Source of the DNA: Gammaproteobacteria bacterium
GTDB taxonomy: Bacteria > Pseudomonadota > Gammaproteobacteria > Pseudomonadales > Halieaceae
NCBI GenBank assembly: GCA_024742415.1
Contig: JANSYN010000010.1
Coordinates: forward strand, 39,251 to 103,250
Direction: 5' to 3'
DNA: 64,000 bases
Below the pieces are notes generated by a model. That model had not been told where the DNA came from. It worked only from the letters and a program-made list of their open reading frames with translations, and searched no databases. Positions within the stretch are counted from its first letter, which is position 1; each line of letters begins with the position of its first letter. Made by a program: the position numbers and the translations under genes. Below are positions 1 through 9,730 of the stretch, piece after piece.

Positions 1-254
1 CACGGGGCGCAGTTTGTCGGAATCCGCACAGCGACGCAATTGGGCCGGTGCCAGGCTGTCGCGGCCCGGCGCAATGGCGCCGGCCCCTGAACCTGGCCGC
101 AAGTGTGGGTGGGAGCGGCCGGCCTGTGCGGGCGGTTTTGTCAGGCCCCAGTCGGGCCGGTATGGATAGATGAACTTCGCAGGTGAGGTTTCGCTGTATT
201 CCGGTTGTTATCACCGCCACAATTGGGGGTGTTGTAGCACAGCCCGGGGAATGT

Positions 255-1082
255 ATGGCAGCTTCAGAATTGCGTTTCACACCCGACTTGCGCCCGCCGC
301 GTTTGCATCACAGTTTGATGGAGGCCGGGCGCGTTTTCCTGGAAATGGGCAGTAGCGCAATGCTGGCGCCGGTGCTGAAGGCACTGCCCAAGGGCGACGG
401 CCACACGGTGATGACGATTCCGGGCTTCATGGGAGCCGACGGCTCTACCTCCCGACTGCGCCAGTTCCTCAACGGCCGTGGCTACCGGGCCATTCCCTGG
501 GGCTTTGGTCGCAATGCCTCTGAGGTGCGTTCGCGCGATATCGATGATTTCATTGCACACCGTGCAGCCATGGAAGACCGCCTGGCCCAGCGCATAGAGC
601 AGGAGTACCTTGCCAGCGGCGCCAGGTTGACGCTGATCGGCTGGAGTCTTGGCGGCCTGTACGCCGTGGCCCTGGCACACCGCTGTCCGCAGTGGATACG
701 GCAGGTGGTGACGCTGGGCACGCCCTATGGTGATCCGCGAGGCACTGCCCTCTATAGCGTGATGGGGGCTTTGTATGACAACGAGGTCGACGAACAGGGT
801 CTGCAGCGCTGGGTTGAGCACACCTACAGTGGCGGTAGGCTACGCGTGCCCGTGCTGGCTTTATACAGCGAATCCGATGGTGTGGTGGGCGTGGGTATCG
901 CCCAATGCCAGGCCAGCCCCGACTACGTAACGAATATGGCGGTGATGGCCAGTCATGTGGGGTTTCCGTTCAATCCGCTGGTGTTTGCAGTGATTGCCAA
1001 TCACCTGGTGGAGCCGCATGAGCGCTGGTCCATCTGCAGTAGTGAACGGTTGCGTCCATTTGTGGCCGTGCAGGATGTTTGA
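255..1082 (+). CDS. Alpha/beta hydrolase (esterase/lipase-like)
   Basis: IPGFMG oxyanion region, GWSLGG nucleophile elbow, SESDGVV (Asp) and SHVG (His) triad motifs. The ATG at 255 is preferred over the ORF-track GTG at 183. Confidence 0.8.
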   Translation: MAASELRFTPDLRPPRLHHSLMEAGRVFLEMGSSAMLAPVLKALPKGDGHTVMTIPGFMGADGSTSRLRQFLNGRGYRAIPWGFGRNASEVRSRDIDDFIAHRAAMEDRLAQRIEQEYLASGARLTLIGWSLGGLYAVALAHRCPQWIRQVVTLGTPYGDPRGTALYSVMGALYDNEVDEQGLQRWVEHTYSGGRLRVPVLALYSESDGVVGVGIAQCQASPDYVTNMAVMASHVGFPFNPLVFAVIANHLVEPHERWSICSSERLRPFVAVQDV

Positions 1083-1143
1083 GGCGCGCGCGGAGAGCCC
1101 GCCGTTGCGGGGCTGACCTGTGCTCCAGTACCAGGGGAAGGGG

Positions 1144-1329
1144 CTAGTTGCCGCTACGCACCGGGGTAGAGTTATCGGTGCTATCGGCATCGGCACGCCT
1201 GGCCCGGGGGCTGAAGTGTGCAAAGTGACTCGATACCTCGATGGCGTCTTTGCTGGCGTTGCGTGAGTTGAACTTGATGCTGCGCATGAAGTCAACAAAG
1301 CGGGTTTTGTTGTCGTCCAGTCGTTTCAT
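1144..1329 (-). CDS. Small hypothetical protein (61 aa)
   Basis: ATG-initiated ORF whose third positions are mostly G/C like neighbouring genes. GAGCAG lies upstream and an AT-rich promoter-like tract (TATACT) sits further upstream. It fills the gap between two plus-strand genes. Confidence 0.45.
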   Translation of the reverse strand: MKRLDDNKTRFVDFMRSIKFNSRNASKDAIEVSSHFAHFSPRARRADADSTDNSTPVRSGN

Positions 1330-1573
1330 GATCTGCTCGAAAAAGCTGCCCGGAAGTTAAGTATAGGATGTTACCGCTGCAGTGCCCTGTAAAAAGTTGT
1401 CAGCCTCGATGTGAAAATTGCCTACTACGTTATACTTGCGCGTTTTTTGGTGACACTTCGTGCCACGTCTTACAGGGTGTGCCTGCACACCTGCCATACC
1501 GCCCGGAGCCGCAGCAGCGCCAGTGCGGCGTGGTGCGGCGCAGGCCGTGACAACTTGAAACGGGACTGATGTC

Positions 1574-2761
1574 ATGCTTGAGAATCTTGAACCCCTACCG
1601 GTAGATCCCATCCTGGGCCTCGCCGCCCTCGCGCGGGCGGATACCAGGGCGCAGAAAGTGGATTTAACGGTGGGTGTCTATATGGACGACAGTGGCCATT
1701 GCCCGGTGTTTCGCGCCGTGCAGCAGGCCCAGCACGAACTCGCCCAGCAGGAATCGACCAAGGCCTATTTGCCGCCAGCCGGTGATGAGCGCTTCAATGC
1801 CGGTATGCAGCAACTGTTGCTGGGCGCTGACAGCGCTGCGCTGCGCGATGGTCGTGTCAGCAGTATCCAGACCCCGGGTGGCTGCGGTGCCTTGCGCATC
1901 AGCTCTGAGGTAGTCTTTAGTGCCTCGCCAGATGCCCGCGTCTGGGTGTCTAATCCCACATGGCCGGTGCATATACCGCTGCTCGGTAGTGTAGGCCTGG
2001 CGTTCCAGAGCTATCGCTACTACAACCCGGTCGATCACAGCGTTGACTTCGATGCCATGGTTGAGGATCTGCAAGCGGCCCGGCCCAGCGACGTCGTACT
2101 GTTGCACGGATGCTGCCATAACCCTTCCGGCGCCGACCTCACCCTGGAACAGTGGGCTGTGATTGCCGATATGGCGCAGGCGCAGGGTTTTACCCCCATG
2201 GTGGATATTGCCTACCAGGGCCTGGCCGATGGACTTGAGGCAGACGCCGCGGGCCTGCGCCTGTTGGTGGAACAGCTGCCTGAGGTGATTATCGCCGCCT
2301 CCTGCTCAAAAAATATGGGCCTGTATCGCGAGCGGACCGGAGCCGCCGTGTTTGTCTGCCAGAACACCCAGACGGCCTCGCGCACGCTGGACCAGGCAAA
2401 AGCCGCGGCGCGGCGCGTGTATTCCATGCCACCTGCGCACGGCGCACTACTGGCCGGTCGCATTTTATCCGATGCCACGCTTGGTACGCTCTGGCGCGAG
2501 GAGCTGGCGCAGATGTGCCAGCGCATCAACCGTACCCGCGGCGAGCTGCGCGCGGCTCTCCAGCAGCACAGTGGCGTGGACTTTGCTTTCATTGAACGCG
2601 AACGCGGTATGTTCTCGTTCCTGGGCCTGAGTATCGAGCAGGCAGTGCGCCTGCGCGAGGAATACAGCCTGTACATGCTCGAGTCCTCGCGCATTAACGT
2701 GGCGGGCGTCAACGCTGACAACATCGACTATGTCGCGCAGTCAGTTGCTGCAGTGCTGTAG
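1574..2761 (+). CDS. Aspartate/aromatic amino acid aminotransferase (AspC/TyrB family, PLP class I)
   Basis: DLTVGVY, TPGGCGAL, HGCCHNPSG, DIAYQG, SCSKNMGLYRERTG (PLP lysine) and GMFSFLGL motifs. Confidence 0.95.
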   Translation: MLENLEPLPVDPILGLAALARADTRAQKVDLTVGVYMDDSGHCPVFRAVQQAQHELAQQESTKAYLPPAGDERFNAGMQQLLLGADSAALRDGRVSSIQTPGGCGALRISSEVVFSASPDARVWVSNPTWPVHIPLLGSVGLAFQSYRYYNPVDHSVDFDAMVEDLQAARPSDVVLLHGCCHNPSGADLTLEQWAVIADMAQAQGFTPMVDIAYQGLADGLEADAAGLRLLVEQLPEVIIAASCSKNMGLYRERTGAAVFVCQNTQTASRTLDQAKAAARRVYSMPPAHGALLAGRILSDATLGTLWREELAQMCQRINRTRGELRAALQQHSGVDFAFIERERGMFSFLGLSIEQAVRLREEYSLYMLESSRINVAGVNADNIDYVAQSVAAVL

Positions 2762-2835
2762 TCTGCGCTAGCACCAGGCCGGGCATCAGCGCCCCCGACG
2801 ACGGGAAGCACCCATAACAATAAAGGAACGAGCAA

Positions 2836-3222
2836 GTGAAACACGTATTGACGGCTAAAAACCTGGGCCTGGGGGTGATCTTTCTGTGGTTCATGTTGGG
2901 CGGCATCGCGCACTTTACCCACCCGGAGTTCTTCGTGGCGATTATGCCGCCAGCGGTGCCCTGGCACCTCGAAATCGTCTACATCAGCGGCGTCTTTGAG
3001 ATACTCGGCGCCATCGGCATCCTGATTGCCGGCCTGCGCCAGCTGGCCGGCAACTGCCTGATACTGTTGGTGATCTGTGTGTCACCGGCCAATATCTACA
3101 TGTGGATGAATCCACAGCTCTTTCCAGATGTTTCTGAAATTTTTCTCAGCCTGCGGTTGGTGGTACAGGTGGGGCTGCTCTGGCTGATCTGGTGGTCAAC
3201 GCGCATGCCTCGCGCGCAGTAA
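2836..3222 (+). CDS. DoxX-like small membrane protein
   Basis: GIAHF...PEFFVAIMP...ISGVFEILG...PANIYM pattern, about 4 hydrophobic helices, AAGGA RBS before the GTG. Confidence 0.75.
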   Translation: MKHVLTAKNLGLGVIFLWFMLGGIAHFTHPEFFVAIMPPAVPWHLEIVYISGVFEILGAIGILIAGLRQLAGNCLILLVICVSPANIYMWMNPQLFPDVSEIFLSLRLVVQVGLLWLIWWSTRMPRAQ

Positions 3223-3226
3223 ACCG

Positions 3227-3245
3227 AAACGCTGCGCAGGCGTTT
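3227..3245. terminator. Possible bidirectional hairpin terminator between convergent genes
   Basis: AAACGC-N7-GCGTTT stem between the two convergent stop codons. Confidence 0.3.
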
Positions 3246-3993
3246 AGCTAGCGCTGAAAACCGGCGGCAGGTAGCGGTCGGCGACAGCGGCGGGATACCC
3301 GATGAGCTCAACCAGGCGCCGCCGACACTCGGCCTGGTCTGCGCCGCGCTCGCGCCACACTGGAACGCGCTTGGCCAGCGTTTCAACCAGTTCACGGGGC
3401 GTGATAATCCAGGTGTGCTGTTCCACTTCACCAAAGTGAAAGTCTACCGGGCAGGCCGCCAGCGCCTGCGGTTTCATGTACAGCGCCAGCGTCATTACAC
3501 GGCGGGCGTGATGTTGCACAAGATGGTCGTGCAAGAAGGCCAGCGTGCCGCCGCGATCCCCCAGGTCGTCAATGACCAGCACATTTTCACCTGCGATGTT
3601 GATTGAAGCCGCTTGCTGCACCCGCGGCTGCTCGTAGCGCTCGTTTGGCCCCTTGTAGAGCGAGACGCCGATGCTGCCAAAAGCCATCCGTGCACTGCCT
3701 GCGGGGCGGCCGTGCACAAGATGATCATGCAGGAGTATTCCCGGCAGCATGCCACCCATGGTGGCAATCAGTGCCGCGGTAATGGCGTTGTCCGGGCCAG
3801 CTTCCTGCTGGAACCGGTTGACGTCGTATGCCACTTCGGTGACGGCCATGGCGTGGGCGGCATCGGGCACCAACAGGAACGCCAGTTCGTCATCGGGAAT
3901 AGTGACGCCAGTCGGGTTTCTCCAGAATGCGGTGTCGATCTGGGCAGCGCTGCAGCGCAGTTGCTGATGGTAGTGTTGCAGTGGGTCAGTCAT
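3244..3993 (-). CDS. Type I phosphoribosyltransferase (purine-salvage-like)
   Basis: PRPP-loop motif VLVIDDLGDRGGTL, preceded by SIGVSLY and followed by LYMKP...DFHF...WIITP. Confidence 0.75.
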   Translation of the reverse strand: MTDPLQHYHQQLRCSAAQIDTAFWRNPTGVTIPDDELAFLLVPDAAHAMAVTEVAYDVNRFQQEAGPDNAITAALIATMGGMLPGILLHDHLVHGRPAGSARMAFGSIGVSLYKGPNERYEQPRVQQAASINIAGENVLVIDDLGDRGGTLAFLHDHLVQHHARRVMTLALYMKPQALAACPVDFHFGEVEQHTWIITPRELVETLAKRVPVWRERGADQAECRRRLVELIGYPAAVADRYLPPVFSAS

Positions 3994-4170
3994 GCCGCCG
4001 TGGTTAGCAGGTCAGGGGATGGCGTGGAGGATAGCATCAAGCGCAGGCTGAAATCATCGGGGCTGGTGCGCAACGCAGTCACGTTAAGTCGGTTACCAGG
4101 CGCGCGAGGCGCACTGGCTTGCGTGGCCGCGCGACGCACGCCCGGTACCGGTTGCGCGGGACCACCGCCA

Positions 4171-6069
4171 CTAGAGTGCATCCAGCTCTGACCAGCGTTC
4201 GAAGGCCGATTCAAGCTCCTGTTGCAGCTGCGTCAGCGCTGCCAGCGTCTGCTCTACCTGATCGCGCGGTTGCTGGTAAAAGCCCGCATCGGCAATCATC
4301 GCTTCAAGCTCGGTTTGCCGTTGCTCCAGCGCTTCAATGGTTTGCGGCAGTGCATCCAGCTCGCGTTGCTCCTTGTAGGACAGCTTGCGGGCCTTTGGGG
4401 CTGCTTTTGTGGGTGCACTGGCAGCGCGGGTGGCAGTGGGCTCAGATCTGCCTTGAGCGCTGCCGCCGCCCGGCCCACCGTGCAGGCGATTGCCGCGTGC
4501 TTCCCAGTCGCTGTAGCCGCCGGCATGTTCGGTAATCACCCCGTCACCTTCAAATACCAGCAGGCTGGTTACGACGTTATCCATGAAGTCCCGGTCATGG
4601 CTAACCAGCAATACGGTGCCACTGAAGTTCAACAGTATCTCTTCGAGTAACTCCAGTGTTTCGATGTCCAGGTCATTGGTGGGCTCATCCAGGACCAGCA
4701 GATTGGCCGGCTCACTGAACAGCTTTGCCAGTACGGCGCGGTTCTGTTCACCGCCAGACAGTACCTTGACCGGCGTTCGCGTGCGCTCGGGGCTGAACAG
4801 GAAGTCGCCGAGATAGGAAATGGCGTGCCGCGACTTGCCATCGATCTCGACAAACTCGCGCCCGCCGCAAATGTTGTCGATCAGGTTTTTCTCCGGCTCC
4901 AGGTGGGAGCGCAGCTGGTCGGAGTAGGCCACCTCCAGGCGCGTGCCGCGCGTTACCGTGCCGCTGTCGGGTTCCAGTTCGCCCAGCAGCATTTTGACCA
5001 GCGTGGATTTACCGGCACCGTTGGGCCCGACGATGCCAATACGGTCGCCGCGCTGGATGATGCAGGAAAAGCGATCAACCACCTGCTTACCCTCAAAACG
5101 CTTGCTGATAGCGGCGGCCTCGGCGACGATTTTTCCGGACTTTTCAGCCTGGTCAACACTGAAGTTCGCGTTGGCAGTTTTTTCCCGTCGTTCCTGGCGT
5201 TCGCGGCGCATGCTTTGCAGCGCGCGCACCCGGCCTTCGTTGCGCGTGCGCCTGGCCTTGATGCCCTGTCGAATCCAGACTTCTTCCTGCGCCAGCTTTT
5301 TATCGAACAGCGCGTTGGCGCGCTCTTCCGCCTGTGCCTGCTGTTCACGGTGTGCCAGAAACCCGCGATAGTCACCACGCCACACTGTCAGGTGGCCGCG
5401 GTCCAGCTCGGCAATGTGGTTGCAGCTGGCCTGCAAAAAGCGCCGGTCATGGGTGATGATGACAATCGCCCCGGCAAAGGCGAGCAGTTGCTCCTCGAGC
5501 CATTGGATGGCGGGTATGTCCAGGTGGTTGGTCGGCTCGTCCAGCAAGAGTATGTCTGGCTCGCTGACCAACGCTCTGGCCAGGGCGACGCGTCGCCGCC
5601 AACCGCCGGACAACTCGGCGAGTTTCCAGTTGCCTTCCAGCTCGAGCTGGCTCAAGGTGGTTTCCACCCGCTGCTGCAGCTGCCAGCCGTCGACCGCCTC
5701 CAGTTCCTGCTGCACTCGCGTCAGTGCGTCCATGTTGTCGCTCAGGTCGGACTGCAGCAGGTGGTGATACTCGCTGAGCAGCCGCCCGGCCTCGGGCAGT
5801 CCAGCGGCAACGGCATCAAAAACCTCGGTACTATCGCCCTCGGGCAGGGTCTGTTCGAGCCGGGCAATTTTTACACCAGGACGAACCCAGCGTTCGCCGT
5901 CGTCCGCGGTGATGTCGCCCGCTATCAGTTTCAGCAGTGTGGTTTTACCGGCGCCGTTTCTGCCCAGTAGTCCCAGCTTTTCGCCGCGCTTGATTTCCAG
6001 GTCGACGCCGTCAAGTAAAACCTGCGTTCCGTAGTGTAGGTGTACGTCGTCCAGGCGAAGCAGTGGCAT
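4171..6069 (-). CDS. uup: ABC-F family ATPase Uup
   Basis: Two ABC cassettes (GRNGAGKTT/LSGGW/LLDEPTN and GPNGAGKST/LSGGE/VLDEPTN), an ARRTRNEGRVR linker and a C-terminal coiled coil (KLSYKEQRELD). Confidence 0.93.
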   Translation of the reverse strand: MPLLRLDDVHLHYGTQVLLDGVDLEIKRGEKLGLLGRNGAGKTTLLKLIAGDITADDGERWVRPGVKIARLEQTLPEGDSTEVFDAVAAGLPEAGRLLSEYHHLLQSDLSDNMDALTRVQQELEAVDGWQLQQRVETTLSQLELEGNWKLAELSGGWRRRVALARALVSEPDILLLDEPTNHLDIPAIQWLEEQLLAFAGAIVIITHDRRFLQASCNHIAELDRGHLTVWRGDYRGFLAHREQQAQAEERANALFDKKLAQEEVWIRQGIKARRTRNEGRVRALQSMRRERQERREKTANANFSVDQAEKSGKIVAEAAAISKRFEGKQVVDRFSCIIQRGDRIGIVGPNGAGKSTLVKMLLGELEPDSGTVTRGTRLEVAYSDQLRSHLEPEKNLIDNICGGREFVEIDGKSRHAISYLGDFLFSPERTRTPVKVLSGGEQNRAVLAKLFSEPANLLVLDEPTNDLDIETLELLEEILLNFSGTVLLVSHDRDFMDNVVTSLLVFEGDGVITEHAGGYSDWEARGNRLHGGPGGGSAQGRSEPTATRAASAPTKAAPKARKLSYKEQRELDALPQTIEALEQRQTELEAMIADAGFYQQPRDQVEQTLAALTQLQQELESAFERWSELDAL

Positions 6070-6230
6070 AGTGAGTCGATGTCGGGTAAGCGGTCAGGGG
6101 CTGGCATTCTACGTCAGGCCGCAGGAGTCTGGCCACTGGCTGGCGAAGCGTTTACAGTGGTGGCTGTTTTGCAGGCGGCGCCTGGCGACCGCGCTGACAC
6201 CGCCGCAACCAGACGGATGGCATAATTGTT

Positions 6231-8210
6231 ATGACCCGAATGTGGGCCCCCAATGGTGAGCGCATTGCCAGCTCACAGATCATGCGCTTCATGCTGTTTG
6301 TGCGCCAGTATTGTGGTGTGCAGGTGGGCCCCAACTACTTCTCATTGCATCGCTGGTCAGTGGAGAACCCGCAGGCGTTCTGGCGCGCCGTGTGGGATTT
6401 TTGCGAAGTGCAAGCCAGTGAGCAGGGCGAGGCGGTTCTGCTGGACGCGGACAAACTTCCTGGCGCGCGCTGGTTTCCACAGGCGCGCCTGAACTTCGCC
6501 GAGAATCTGCTGCGTTTTCGCGATGAGCGCACGGCGCTCGTAGGGCTGCTGGAAAACGGCGAGCGCCGCAGCATGACCTATGCCGAGCTCTATCGTGCGG
6601 TGGCACAGTTTGCCGCAGCGCTGCGCAAGCACGGCGTGGTTGCCGGCGATCGTGTTGCCGGCTTTATGCCCAATGTGGAAGAGACCGTGGTTGCCATGCT
6701 GGCAACCGCGAGCATCGGTGCTGTGTGGTCCTCCTGCTCACCGGATTTCGGTGCCGATGGCGTGGTGGACCGCTTTGGTCAGATCGCCCCCCGTGTGCTG
6801 GTGGCGGCGGACGGCTATTACTACAACGGCAAATCCTGCGATTGCCTGGACACCCTCGCCCGGGTGGTGGGCGCGATAGACAGCATCGAGTGCGTTGTCG
6901 TTGTGCCGGTGCTCGGGCGGCAGCCAGCTGCACGCGACCCTGACGGTCTGGCGATGAAGATGGCGGCGATCAGGGGCGCACAGTGGTATGGCGATTTTCT
7001 CGATGTCGCTGCCACGGCAGTGAGCTTCACGCAGCTGCCCTTCGATCACCCCCTGTATGTGATGTTCTCCTCGGGTACCACCGGCAAGCCCAAATGCATT
7101 GTGCACGGTGCCGGCGGCACCTTGTTGCAGCATCTCAAAGAGCATCGCCTGGCGGTGGATCTGGGGCGCGATGACGTATTTTTCTACTTCACCACCTGTG
7201 GCTGGATGATGTGGAACTGGCTGGTATCTGGCCTTGCCAGCGGTTGTACGCTGGTGCTGTTTGACGGTGCGCCGCTGGGCGGTGACGGCCGCATGCTGCT
7301 CGATGCGATTGACCAGGAGGGCATCAGCATTTTCGGTACCAGCGCCCGCTACATTGCCGGGCTTGAAAAAGCCGGCCACAAGCCGCGCAATACGCACAAC
7401 CTGGCCACCCTGAAGACGCTGCTTTCAACCGGTTCGCCGCTGGCCCACGAGAGCTTCGACTACGTGTACCGCGATTTCAAGGAAGATGTGTGCCTGTCGA
7501 GCATTTCTGGCGGCACCGATATCCTGTCCTGTTTTGTGGGCGGCAGCCCCATCCTGCCGGTACACCGCGGTGAGATTACCGCGCCGGGCCTGGGAATGGC
7601 GGTGGCAATTTGGGACGACGCAGGCAATCCGTTAAAATCGGGCAAGGGCGAGTTGGTGTGTACCCGGCCCTTCCCCTCCTGCCCGCTGGGCTTCTGGGAC
7701 GACGCCGATAACGAGCGCTTCCATGCGGCCTATTTCGAGCGTTTTGCGGGGGTATGGTGCCAGGGTGACTACGCCGAGCTAACGGCGCACGGCGGGTACA
7801 TTGTGCATGGCCGCTCTGATGCGGTGCTCAATCCCGGTGGCGTGCGCATCGGCACCGCCGAAATTTATCGGCAGGTGGAGCAGGTCGATGAAGTGCTGGA
7901 GAGCGTTGTCGTCGGCCAGCAGTGGCAGGGGGATGTGCGCATCCTGTTGTTTGTGGTGTTGCGAGCAGGGTGCACACTGGATGCGCCGTTGCGTGATCGC
8001 ATTCGCCAGCTCATCCGCCAGAACACTACCGCTCGCCATGTACCGGCTCTGATAGTACAGGTCGATGATATCCCGCGTACGCGCAGTGGCAAGATCGCCG
8101 AGTTGGCCGTGCGCGATGCGATTCACGGCAGGACGGTAGCGAACACGCAGGCACTGGCCAACCCGGAGGCACTGGAGCTGTACCGGAATCTGCCCGAACT
8201 GACGCAATAG
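6231..8210 (+). CDS. Acetoacetate--CoA ligase (acetoacetyl-CoA synthetase)
   Basis: [56 protein letters not shown] and TRSGKIAE motifs. Confidence 0.93.
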   Translation: MTRMWAPNGERIASSQIMRFMLFVRQYCGVQVGPNYFSLHRWSVENPQAFWRAVWDFCEVQASEQGEAVLLDADKLPGARWFPQARLNFAENLLRFRDERTALVGLLENGERRSMTYAELYRAVAQFAAALRKHGVVAGDRVAGFMPNVEETVVAMLATASIGAVWSSCSPDFGADGVVDRFGQIAPRVLVAADGYYYNGKSCDCLDTLARVVGAIDSIECVVVVPVLGRQPAARDPDGLAMKMAAIRGAQWYGDFLDVAATAVSFTQLPFDHPLYVMFSSGTTGKPKCIVHGAGGTLLQHLKEHRLAVDLGRDDVFFYFTTCGWMMWNWLVSGLASGCTLVLFDGAPLGGDGRMLLDAIDQEGISIFGTSARYIAGLEKAGHKPRNTHNLATLKTLLSTGSPLAHESFDYVYRDFKEDVCLSSISGGTDILSCFVGGSPILPVHRGEITAPGLGMAVAIWDDAGNPLKSGKGELVCTRPFPSCPLGFWDDADNERFHAAYFERFAGVWCQGDYAELTAHGGYIVHGRSDAVLNPGGVRIGTAEIYRQVEQVDEVLESVVVGQQWQGDVRILLFVVLRAGCTLDAPLRDRIRQLIRQNTTARHVPALIVQVDDIPRTRSGKIAELAVRDAIHGRTVANTQALANPEALELYRNLPELTQ

Positions 8211-8258
8211 CGGTATGATGCCGCCCTTTTTATGTATCTGCAGGCTTGAAGCGCGCTT

Positions 8259-9296
8259 ATGACAACACTGCAACGCCCCCAAAATGATCGCATTGTCGCC
8301 CTGTGGCTGGTGTTCTGCGCCGCCGTCGTGTTTGGCATGATTATGTTGGGCGCCGTCACCCGGCTCACCGGGTCAGGGCTGTCCATGGTGGAGTGGAAGC
8401 CGCTAGTGGGCGTGGTGCCGCCGCTGTCAGAACAGGCCTGGATGGAAACCTTCCAGAAGTACAAGCAGTATCCCGAGTACCAGAAGGTCAACAAGGGGAT
8501 GTCGCTGCACGAGTTCAAGCAGATTTTCATGTTCGAGTACCTGCACCGGGTGCTTGGCCGCCTGATCGGCGTCATATTTTTCTTTCCCATGCTGTACTTC
8601 GCCGTGCGCGGCCAGATTCGGCGCGGTTTGATGCCGCATTTATGGCTGCTGTTTCTGCTCGGTGGGCTGCAGGGCCTGTTGGGCTGGTACATGGTGAAAA
8701 GTGGGCTGGTCAATATGCCCAGGGTCAGCCAGTACCGGCTTACTGCGCACCTTGGCCTGGCGGTGGCGATCTACGCTTATATGGTCTGGCTGGTCTTTGA
8801 CCTGTTGTTTATGTCTCGCCAGCAGCGGCCCGCGCGGGCACGCCCGCTGGCGAAATGGTCGCTGGCGCTGGTGGGTTTGATCTACCTGATGATCCTCAGT
8901 GGGGGGCTGGTGGCAGGAACGCGCGCCGGTTATGCCTACGCCACCTGGCCCCTGATGGGCGATTCGTTTATTCCCCCGGGCCTGTACCAGATGACGCCGG
9001 TGTGGCTGTCTGCGTTTGAAGATATTACGACGATTCAGTTCAACCACCGTATGTTTGCCTATCTGCTGTGCGTTCTGATTGGTGGGATGGTGGTTGCGGT
9101 CATGCGCAGCAGTGAATCCGCGATGGCGCGCTCTGCCGCGCTGTTCATGGGCGTGGCGCTGGTGCTGCAGGTCACACTGGGGGTCAGTACCCTGTTGCTG
9201 CATATGCCGGTGCCGATTGCGACTGCGCACCAGGGCGGGGCGGTTCTGTTGCTAACGGCGACCCTGTTTCTCAGCCACACGCTGGTGCGGCAATAA
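8259..9296 (+). CDS. ctaA: Heme A synthase (COX15/CtaA)
   Basis: GAVTRLTGSGLS, EYLHR, GWYMVKSGL, RLTAHL, QFNHR and AHQ conserved His motifs; multi-pass membrane protein. Confidence 0.93.
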   Translation: MTTLQRPQNDRIVALWLVFCAAVVFGMIMLGAVTRLTGSGLSMVEWKPLVGVVPPLSEQAWMETFQKYKQYPEYQKVNKGMSLHEFKQIFMFEYLHRVLGRLIGVIFFFPMLYFAVRGQIRRGLMPHLWLLFLLGGLQGLLGWYMVKSGLVNMPRVSQYRLTAHLGLAVAIYAYMVWLVFDLLFMSRQQRPARARPLAKWSLALVGLIYLMILSGGLVAGTRAGYAYATWPLMGDSFIPPGLYQMTPVWLSAFEDITTIQFNHRMFAYLLCVLIGGMVVAVMRSSESAMARSAALFMGVALVLQVTLGVSTLLLHMPVPIATAHQGGAVLLLTATLFLSHTLVRQ

Positions 9297-9356
9297 GGCC
9301 AACCGGATGGCAGTGCGATGCGTGGTCACGGCAGGTTCGGCCGGTGCTGTGACGCC

Positions 9357-9575
9357 CTACCAGAATTGCGGAGTGCTATCGTCGCTGCGCCGCCCCTGAT
9401 TAGTGCGCCGGTCTTCCTTGTCGAGCTCAAAACGCACGTCTTCGCGACGGTCGGTCTGCACGCGCCGTGCCGTGACGCGCCGGTCCTCGCCCTTGTATAC
9501 GGGTGACGGCGAGGCGATTGCGTGCTCGGGCTGTGCAGAGGGGCGTTGGGAGTAAAAGGATGATTTGCTGTTCAT
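9357..9575 (-). CDS. Small DRR-repeat hypothetical protein (72 aa)
   Basis: ATG with GGAC upstream. The pattern YKGEDRR...RR...DRREDVRFE...DRR...GRR..D is typical of small Arg-rich gammaproteobacterial hypotheticals. Confidence 0.7.
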   Translation of the reverse strand: MNSKSSFYSQRPSAQPEHAIASPSPVYKGEDRRVTARRVQTDRREDVRFELDKEDRRTNQGRRSDDSTPQFW

Positions 9576-9699
9576 GGTGATTGTCCGTCTTTTTCTGTCC
9601 TGCGCACTGAGTTGCCTGCGCATTAAACAGTAGTGCTATCTGCCTGTTAGAGGTATAGCAGCAAATGGGTGGGTCCGTGGCAGATTTTAGGCTGACAAG

Positions 9700-9715
9700 T
9701 GTGAACCGCGTCACA
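9700..9715. promoter_or_regulatory. CRP/Vfr-type binding site
   Basis: Exact TGTGA-N6-TCACA in an intergenic gap, about 62 bp upstream of the predicted start of a minus-strand TG-C-TATACC extended -10 promoter (hexamer 9652-9657). Confidence 0.65.
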
Positions 9716-9730
9716 CGTGCGAGGGCGCTG

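Noticed and set aside
1144-1611. ORFs 1357-1611 and 1144-1329 are in the same frame, separated by one TAA, suggesting a pseudogene or readthrough
   Set aside because: The upstream part is AT-rich promoter-like sequence overlapping the aminotransferase start and has no protein-like signal. TAA is also a poor readthrough codon.
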